This document shows positions 55,824 to 64,000 of a stretch of DNA of 64,000 nucleotides, piece by piece (the first letter of the stretch is position 1; every line of letters begins with the position of its first letter). The translations under genes were made by a program, and so were the position numbers. Source of the stretch: Eledone cirrhosa (Eukaryota). The stretch lies in NCBI GenBank assembly GCA_964016885.1, contig OZ024751.1, positions 36,518,001 through 36,582,000 on the forward strand, read 5' to 3'. Under the pieces are notes generated by a model, which was given only the letters and a program-made list of their open reading frames with translations, was not told the origin of the DNA and did no database searches.

Positions 55824-56737
55824 CTAGCAGTAAAGCCCGGCGTTGCTCGGGGTCGCTCAGTAGCTGTGTTAAAGTTACAATGTTAAGTTTCTTTCTTGGC
55901 TTAAAAACTGTAGTGTCTACTGTGCAGACTTGCATGTGGTGTTTTTGATTAATATTCCCTCAACCAACAATATGCCTTATGAAGTTAAGAAAACATAACG
56001 ATAACCCGAATGTTATAACAAAAGAGGATGCTGGGGATAGAAACTGCACTGGTTATTTATTAACAAAGATCGAAATGTAAACACTGCAACGCAGAGAAAA
56101 ACATTAGTGTAACCAAATTATCAGTTATGTCTGTCTGCACGCCTATATCACCTCTCTGCACGACTGTCTGTCTTCACGCCTATATCACCTCTCTGCACGC
56201 CTATATCACCTCTCTGCACGACTGTGTCTGCACGCCTATATCACCTTTCTGCACGACTGTCTGCACGCCTATATCACCTCTCTGCACGACTGTGTCTGCA
56301 TGCCTAACGACGAAATATTTGCTTGTTTTACGTAGTCTTTAATAGACTTGTTTTCAAGTAAAAATATTGTTTTAAAATGCTTTTAAATGGAAATGAAGCA
56401 AAACGGAAGCTTAGTGTTCGAACTGATGAATTTTGTTCGTGTATTGTGTTAATGTCATTTTAAACGCTGAGAAAGCCAGCGTAATTTTTTACGTAAGACG
56501 CTCAATGTAAACAGAACAAAGGGAAATAACTGATCACTTACGCTCAAAAATCGATACATTATATTCGATTTCGTCACATAGGGTGGGTCAATTTGAAATT
56601 TTTTTTTTCCCGATGTCTTCGCTAGGGCTCAATGTACAAGTATAGCAATTTCGGTGCAATTCCGTGAGAGATTCTAAGAGGAGATGTGTGCCAAAAATCG
56701 ATAGACAGACAGACAACCACAGTTTTATATATATAGA
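55824..56737 (-). mobile_element. Non-autonomous Helitron (914 bp)
   Basis: Minus strand starts A|TCTATATATATAAAAC at 56737 and ends with a GC hairpin CCCGAGCAACGCCGGG (55851-55836), 8 nt, then CTAG|T. No TSD. These are canonical Helitron termini. Confidence 0.85.
56128..56305. repeat. Minisatellite inside the Helitron
   Basis: ctgcacgcctatatcacctct core, about 5 copies with gactgt linkers. Confidence 0.9.
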
Positions 56738-56852
56738 TGTACCCAGGGTATGATGAGGTCATTCTGACCTGTTTGGTCTCAGAGAATGACAACTTATCCA
56801 AGCCAGGCCAGCATGAAAAGTAGACATACAATTTAAGTTTGATGGCCTAAAG

Positions 56853-57019
56853 CAGACATCTGAAGCATGTGGCCCTTTACAAACACATCTGCAGCTTGCA
56901 CAAAGTTTTTAAAGCGCGAGCATGTTTTATCTTCGTAATATAAAATAGAGAAAACAATTAGTTGTAATGTGTGCAATTAGTTGTGTGGCCCTCAGGGGAG
57001 CCTCAGTTTGACATGCCTG
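56853..57019. mobile_element. hAT/Charlie-like MITE
   Basis: Ends CAGACAT...ATGCCTG, with an 8-bp TSD gcctaaag/gtctaaag (one mismatch). Confidence 0.55.
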
Positions 57020-57367
57020 GTCTAAAGGATTATGGCTTTTATGTCAATGTTCTAAATATCAGCTTAGTAATACAGAAATGAAAGGGTTAACTACAAGAGT
57101 GAAAATAGATTAACAGCAAGAGAGTATAGTATTTTTAAATAAATCACAGACATAAGTAATGGTATAATATTAAAACAACACAGTAACTATACTGTTACAA
57201 GAAACATTTTAGCAGCAGTAACTAAGAATTATTATATGACTAAAACTAGGATTGCTGATTGGTTAAGAAGAAGAATGCTTTTAACAGACATTACTTTTTA
57301 ACTCAACATCCTGCAAATATTTAGCAGAACATATCTAAAATAGAATTTACCAATTCAAATATTTGTA

Positions 57368-57690
57368 GCCTATTTCTCCCACTACCCAACTTCCCATATA
57401 GTCCATTTCAACCCCCAAAAAAACTTTCACCATAATCCATATCACTTCCTAACGTCCCATATAGTCCATTTCACCCTCACCATACATCCTTTATAGTCTA
57501 TTTCACAACCACTCCCAAATTCCCATTTCACACCTCCAACTTCCCATATAGCCTATTTCAAACCTAATTTCCCATATAATCTATTTCACATTACCCTCCC
57601 AAAACTTTCCATATAACCAATTTCACCCATCCCACAAAGTTTTAATATAGCCCCATTTCCCACCTACCCAAATATTTTCCCATCTATCTC
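57368..57690. repeat. Degenerate ~40-bp tandem repeat
   Basis: Recurrent ttcccatata..cyatttca. Confidence 0.7.
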
Positions 57691-58644
57691 ATTCCACTCA
57701 CAAAAGCTATGGTGGACCAATCCAAGCTGAGGTCATTGATACTTTAAAACCATCTCTGATTCATATTAGAATCTCATCATTAACAATGGGAAGGACAGCA
57801 TCCTATTATTAAACAACAAAAAAAAACAACAAAAAAACTCATCCTTCTCTAATGAGTATAAAATGATGTAATTCACCCAAACAAATCCTGCATAATCATA
57901 GCATGACAAAATCCATTCATGTCCGTAAAGCTATCTTGCTTCTCAGAATCAGCACCCAGGGATGAGATGAGAAGAGAAATAGGATGTTGACTGCCAGATA
58001 AATAGTGACATACTATTTGTTTTGCTCACTTGGATAATTTTTGTTTACAAAAATATCTTAAATTACTGAATAATTACTCAAATAACTAACTATTCCCTAT
58101 ACAAACAGTTTCTAGGAAAGTTATCAGTCATCCAGAGTTTCTAGTAAAAACAGATGCACAATGACATGCACAGATATGTACAAACACAAAGATACATAGA
58201 GACCCACACCACACCTTTCTATATAAGTTTATAAATACATGAGAGATCATTGTAATTGTTGATAGCAAAATTGATTAAATTTCTTCACCCATAAAATAAC
58301 TACAATAGATAGTTGTGTAATTAGAATACGAAGAAATAAAATACTTCTTAAATGACAAAAATACCACCACCACCAGAGCTAGCACTGTTATTCTTACTAC
58401 AGCCAATCCCATTACCACCATCATAGCAAGTACCACTACTACATATATACACAACCTATTCCGATATACACAAAAATGTATAGCTTTTCATAGGTATCAT
58501 TAAATACCCCAGTAGTAATTCTGACTCAGTACTCAAGAGTTCAAATCTCAGAGGTTGACTGTCTTTCATCCTTTTGGGGTTGATAAAGAAGTAGTCTAGG
58601 GGTGGTAGATTGGCAGAATTGTGAACCCCACTATATTTCATCCA

Positions 58645-58678
<34 letters not shown>

Positions 58679-60054
58679 TGCGTGCGTGTGTTCCCAGTTC
58701 AAATCACATCTTTCTACCAGGAGTAGCGTGTCCAGTTTATGGAATCAGCAATGGAGAGACCAATGGAAACACTGTTTCCTTGGTTTGATGTGACAATCAG
58801 CTCTTTTACTAATGAAGTGAGAATGGAACAACAACTTTGCTTTTGTCTATCTGTGTGTTTGTTTGATTGTTTGTCCGTCTGAGCAGCCAGCTGATTGGTA
58901 GTTATAACTCTTGGTGGTACCACCACCACATAAGTATTATCATGGGGAAGTTAAATTGAAAAGAAATTGACTACATTATCCCTTTAAATGAATAAGTCAC
59001 TATGTTCGCTCCAGTTACTTAAAGACGAGAGAGGTGGGGAAGGAGAGAACTAAATAGCTGCCACATTTCATGGCTCAAAGATGTGTTGGAAATCATATCA
59101 AAGCTGGTAAAAAAAAATAAATATATATAAATAAAAGATGAAATAGAAAAAATAGAAAAGAATTTAAAACATAAGGAAATGCTTTAATTTGCAGAACTAT
59201 TCATGCAGAACAAATGCTGCATTGGTGAAGAAGAAGCAAAGAGTGAATAGAAGACAACACTCCTTGAATCTAGAGGCAACTATAAATAACTCTAGAATTA
59301 CTATGGCAGTTAGTTCTAATGGATTCTGATTGACTTCTGAACGGTATTTTTTTTTATCTATTTAAGTAAAAAAAAAAAAGTTATCTTAAAATTATTCTTA
59401 TACCTCTCACAGATTTTCAAAATCAAAACTGACAGCCAAAGAATTGCATGCAAACCTCTAGTGGCTCTTAATATGAAATAAAGGGCAGCTCTTTAACCCT
59501 TTTGAGACCAAACTGCCTGAAACTGTTCATGGTTCTTATTCTAAAGTGTTTAACTTAAAACATTTTCCATCATAATTTGTTAAGTTATGTCCCCAGCTTA
59601 AGCTTAATAACGGTTTCTTTATTGTTTGAAAAATAAGGGTCCTTACATAAAAATATGGAAGGCTTTTAGATAAATATAAACATTTTTAACAGTTTGGTAT
59701 AAGTGTTTAACTGATGGTACAGTAACACAATGGGATGTAGAAACACCTTCTTCATGAAACAATAATGGTATGAAGTAATCTTGGATGTAAACCAGGAAGG
59801 AAACCATTTTTTTTTTAGTATTTCCTTGGTAATTACTTGGTATTTGAGTCAGCGTTCAACCAGGATGGGTTGAACAGGCTCCAACCAGAGAAGCCACAGG
59901 ATCACAAATATATGCTGCTCATGTACAATCAAAGAAGGTAACTTCTCACCAATCACAGTTGAAACACCATAAATGGGGACAAAATATTACCTCAAGATCC
60001 AACCAGATTGTGCCAATGCATGGGGCCCCTTCAATTAAACATTAGCTTAATAAT

Positions 60055-60241
60055 TATTTCTATTTTTGGCACAAGGCCAGCAATTATCCCAGTGTATTAC
60101 TGGTACTTTATTTTATGGACCCCGTAAGAATAAAAGGCAAAGTTAACCTCGGTGGGATTTGAACTCAGACCATAAAGGGCCATAACTCTTTGCTGCAAAG
60201 CATGACGTCTGACTCTCTACCAATACTGCCGATCCACTGCC
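60055..60241 (-). mobile_element. SINE family A with perfect 15-bp TSD, inserted in a MITE family 2 remnant
   Basis: cattagcttaataat at 60040-60054 and 60242-60256. Confidence 0.9.
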
Positions 60242-61749
60242 CATTAGCTTAATAATGAGAGTGTTATATTACTAAACCCTCCAAATTCTTATTTTCAAAA
60301 TGATTTGAATATAGGCAATAGATTTCCTTAGAAATATGGTAACAAAATAGTTAAAGTATTTATATTTAGAAAAATAAAAAGTCAATTCTGTTAGAAGCTT
60401 TGTCCCAAACACTAGCTAAATAACCAGAACTTTATATTTCTGAATACCCCAAATTATTTTGAAAATAGGCGGTATATTTCATTAGGAATATGGTAACGAA
60501 AGGGTTAAACATTCTAATTGAAATGTCCCAAATATTGAACATATCACACCCAACTGATATTTTAGACCTCTCTGTCTCTTTCAGAACTTAATTGGCTCAA
60601 ATGTCAATAACATGGGTGAAAATGGAAAACAGTAATTCTTTCTCTCTTCCTATTTCATGTAAATGGATGGAATGGAATCTTAAAATGGAAAGGAAGAAGA
60701 TAAAAACAAAACAACAAAACAAATGGCATTCTTCAAAAGTTTGAGATTATGCAGTCTTGTAGGTTTGCTGTCAAAAATAATGGCTATTTTAATTCAAGTT
60801 GTTGCAATTCATGTTAAATTCTATTTCATTCCTTCAGATTCATTTACATTGGTTACAAGAAAATGCTAAATGCATTACTATTAAAAAAAAAAAAATAAAA
60901 AAAATGGTACAACTTAACATCTGGATTAAGTAAAAAAGAAATTATTACTAACACAAACAGCGTGATTCACACAAAAACCCCAGAAAAAAGAGTTATATGA
61001 TACCATGCATGTTTATGCAGGAAGGGCATCCAGCTGCAGAAAACTTGACAAAGAAAGGGTAAAAAAGATTCCTATATACTATGAAATGATGCTACAACTA
61101 AAATGAGAAGTTAACAGTTCTAACATTGAGGATAAAGCTGTATATGAAACAATATATATGTATATATGCAAGAAGGGCATCCACCTGTAGAGTTGCCTAA
61201 TGATCAAGGACTAATTTGTGTCGAAGACATGACAATCTCCCTGGTGTTGGTGTCCAGATAAAATAAAGCAGATGCACCCTGTTGAGTGTAGGAAAAGTAC
61301 ATAAGCAAGATGCTTTCATCATTTTTTGAAAACATGCCAACCCATTTTACAACAAATTACCTGAAACTCCTTGCTTCTACTATACAAAGCGGTTTATTTT
61401 AAAGGGCTTAAGTTTATTAAAAGCCTTTCATCATAGAAGAGCTTGTTTTAGTTATGTTCGAAGCACTAGCTTAATAATTAAAGTAATTTTAGTAAATCCT
61501 TCCAAATTTTTTTTATTATTTTCAAAATGAAAACTTGAAACACTGATAAAATAGTCCCAAGGTGTGAAAAGCAGTGTAAGTACACCCTTTAATGCCATTT
61601 GGTAGTTAATAATCACATTAGCTATTAACCTTGTAGATATGTAAATGTTGAGATATAGTATCTTAACTGTAATAAAGGAGTGCAGGACTGCAACCAGAAT
61701 ATATTTTATCCAGTTTGTAAAATAAGTTGGATTACTTTGAATAAATAAT

Positions 61750-62106
61750 TGTTTCTACTTTTGGCACAAGGCCAGCAATTATCCCAGTGTATTACTGGTA
61801 ATTTATTTTATCGACCCCGTAGGGATGAAAGGCAAAGTTAACCTTGGCTGGGTTTGAACTCAAGACCATAAAGGGCCGGAACACTTTGCTGCAAAGCATG
61901 GCGTCCGACCCTCTACCGATACTGCCAATACACTGCCCTTTGAATAAATAATTGTTTTTATTTTTTTGGCACAAGGCCAGCAATTACCCAGTACATTACT
62001 GGTACATTATTTTATCGACCCCGTAAGTATGAAAGGCAAAGTTAACCTTGGCGGGATTTGAACTGAGTCCGTAAAGGGACGTAACTGTTCTGCAAAGCAT
62101 GGTGCC
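61750..62106 (-). mobile_element. Two head-to-tail SINE family A copies
   Basis: 61750-61937 is full length and 61953-62106 is 5'-shortened; both are bounded by ctttgaataaataat. Confidence 0.9.
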
Positions 62107-62124
62107 CTTTGAATAAATAATGAA

Positions 62125-62460
62125 TCATCGTCATCATCATTTTACGTCCGCTTTTCCCTGCTTGCAAGGGTGGGACGGGAACTGATTCTGGCTCGATTTC
62201 TACAGCTGGATGCCCTTCCTAACACCAACCTCATTTACAGTGAGTGCTGGGTGCTTTTTTGCCGTGGCACCTCTACGACCACTTTACAGTGGAATGATAG
62301 GGACTCCAGTCCCTATCATCTCATTTCTACAGCTGAGTAAACTGGAGCAATGTGAAATAAAGTGTCTTGCTCAAGTAAACAACACATCACCCGGTCTGAG
62401 AATTGAACTCAACCTTTCGAGTGCAAGGCCAATGCTCTAACCACTAAGCCATGTGCCTCC
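62125..62460 (-). mobile_element. SINE family C, full length
   Basis: Colinear with 27772-28107. Confidence 0.88.
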
Positions 62461-62560
62461 ATATTACATAATTTATCTACTAAATTTCCTAACACATGAT
62501 TAAACATACATTAAAAATATTATTGCATAGTTCAAGACTAACTTTTAAAAAATTCAAACT

Positions 62561-63639
62561 TCAATACTTCCAGTAGATCTATACTATATAGATAGTGTTC
62601 AATACTTCTGGTATATCTATACTATATAGATAGTGTTCAATACTTCCGGTATATCTATACTATATAGAGAGAGAGTGTTCAATACTTCCGGTATATCTAT
62701 ACTATATAGAGAGTGTTCAATACTTCCGGTATATCTATACTATATAGAGAGTGTTCAATACTTCCGGTATATCTATACTATATAGAGAGTGTTCAATACT
62801 TCCAGTATATCTATACTATATAGAGAGAGTGTTCAATACTTCCGGTAGATCTATACTATATAGAGAGAGTGTTCAATACTTCCGGTATATCTATACTATA
62901 TAGAGAGTGTTCAATACTTCCGGTATATCTATACTATATAGAGAGTGTTCAATACTTCCGGTATATCTATACTATATAGAGAGTGTTCAATACTTCCGGT
63001 ATATCTATACTATATAGAGAGTATTCAATACTTCCGGTAGATCTATACTATATAGAGAGTGTTCAATACTTCCGGTAGATCTATACTAAATAGAGAGTGT
63101 TCAATACTTCCGGTAGATCTATACTAAATAGAGAGTGTTCAATACTTCCGGTAGATCTATACTATATAGAGAGAGTGTTCAATACTTCCGGTATATCTAT
63201 ACTATATAGAGAGTGTTCAATACTTCCGGTATATCTATACTAAATAGAGTGTTCAATACTTCCGGTATATCTATACTAAATAGAGAGTGTTCAATACTTC
63301 CGGTATATCTATACTATATAGAGAGTGTTCAATACTTCCGGTAGATCTATACTAAATAGAGAGTGTTCAATACTTCCGGTATATCTATACTAAATAGAGA
63401 GTGTTCAATACTTCCGGTATATCTATACTAAATAGAGAGTGTTCAATACTTCCGGTATATCTATACTATATAGAGAGAGAGTGTTCAATACTTCCGGTAT
63501 ATCTATACTATATAGAGAGAGTGTTCAATACTTCCGGTATATCTATACTATATAGAGAGAGTGTTCAATACTTCCGGTATATCTATACTAAATAGAGAGT
63601 GTTCAATACTTCCGGTATATCTATACTATATAGAGAGAG
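62561..63639. repeat. ~38-bp minisatellite, ~27 copies
   Basis: Unit gtgttcaatacttccggta(t/g)atctatacta(t/a)ata(ga)n, with variable GA count. Confidence 0.97.
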
Positions 63640-63751
63640 CGAAAGAGAAAGGTGAAGTGATTTGGATTTTTTCAACACACTGATGTGTGTGCGTGTGAGT
63701 GTGTATATGTTGTTTGATTTTATAAAATTACTAGAGCGAGAAAGAGAGGGC

Positions 63752-63910
63752 AATATCAGTAGAGCGTCAGACAACATGATTTGCAGCATAGTTATGGGCC
63801 TTTGCGTTCTGAGTTCAAATCCCGCCGAGGTTAACTTTGCCTTTCATCCTTACGAGGTCGATAAAATAAAGTACCAGTGGTGCACTGGGGGTAATCGCTG
63901 GCCTTGTGTA
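63752..63910 (+). mobile_element. SINE family A
   Basis: gagttcaaatcccgccgaggttaactttgcctttcatcctt.cgaggtcgataaaataaagtaccag. Confidence 0.85.
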
Positions 63911-64000
63911 TTCAATAATACATAATATATCTCAACAAAAGGTATTGGGAAAACATCAACAAGTGTTGATAACAGTTGAGAAGTCAACAAATCATGTAGG

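Larger units (their letters stand above)
17870..64000 (-). other. Probable large MEX3 intron (5' end outside the window)
   Basis: No ORF carrying the missing KH1 N-terminal half (VPSSEHVAEIVGRQ-like) appears in the ORF track or by eye. The region is repeat-rich and non-coding. Confidence 0.75.

Noticed and set aside
62561-63639. CRISPR-like ~38-bp periodicity (also 47907-49090)
   Set aside because: Units are directly adjacent with no unique spacers, there are no cas genes, and the context is eukaryotic.

Overview
AT-rich animal genomic DNA, most likely an octopod cephalopod (inferred from the SINE/RTE/MITE repertoire and dense microsatellites; not proven). The only supportable host protein-coding feature is the last coding exon of a MEX3 gene on the minus strand (17869..16425: rest of KH1, KH2, linker, C-terminal RING). 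It is entered through a phase-1 acceptor inside the KH1 GRQG|CKIK motif. No upstream exon is visible, so 17870-64000 is probably one intron of more than 46 kb. That stretch is filled with two tRNA-derived SINE families, RTE LINE remnants, TTAA-flanked MITEs, a non-autonomous Helitron and minisatellites. Downstream of the stop, about 10.8 kb lacks recognisable SINEs and ends at a plausible poly(A) signal, suggesting a very long 3'UTR. Most notable oddities: two long intronic hairpins, a 15-bp target site present three times around serial SINE insertions, a LINE-SINE tail partnership with a nested insertion, and a CAGCTG E-box cluster. I found no evidence for a novel multi-gene system. The long Y/I/H/C/V ORFs are microsatellite artefacts. 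Repeat boundaries were read by eye and are approximate unless stated as exact.
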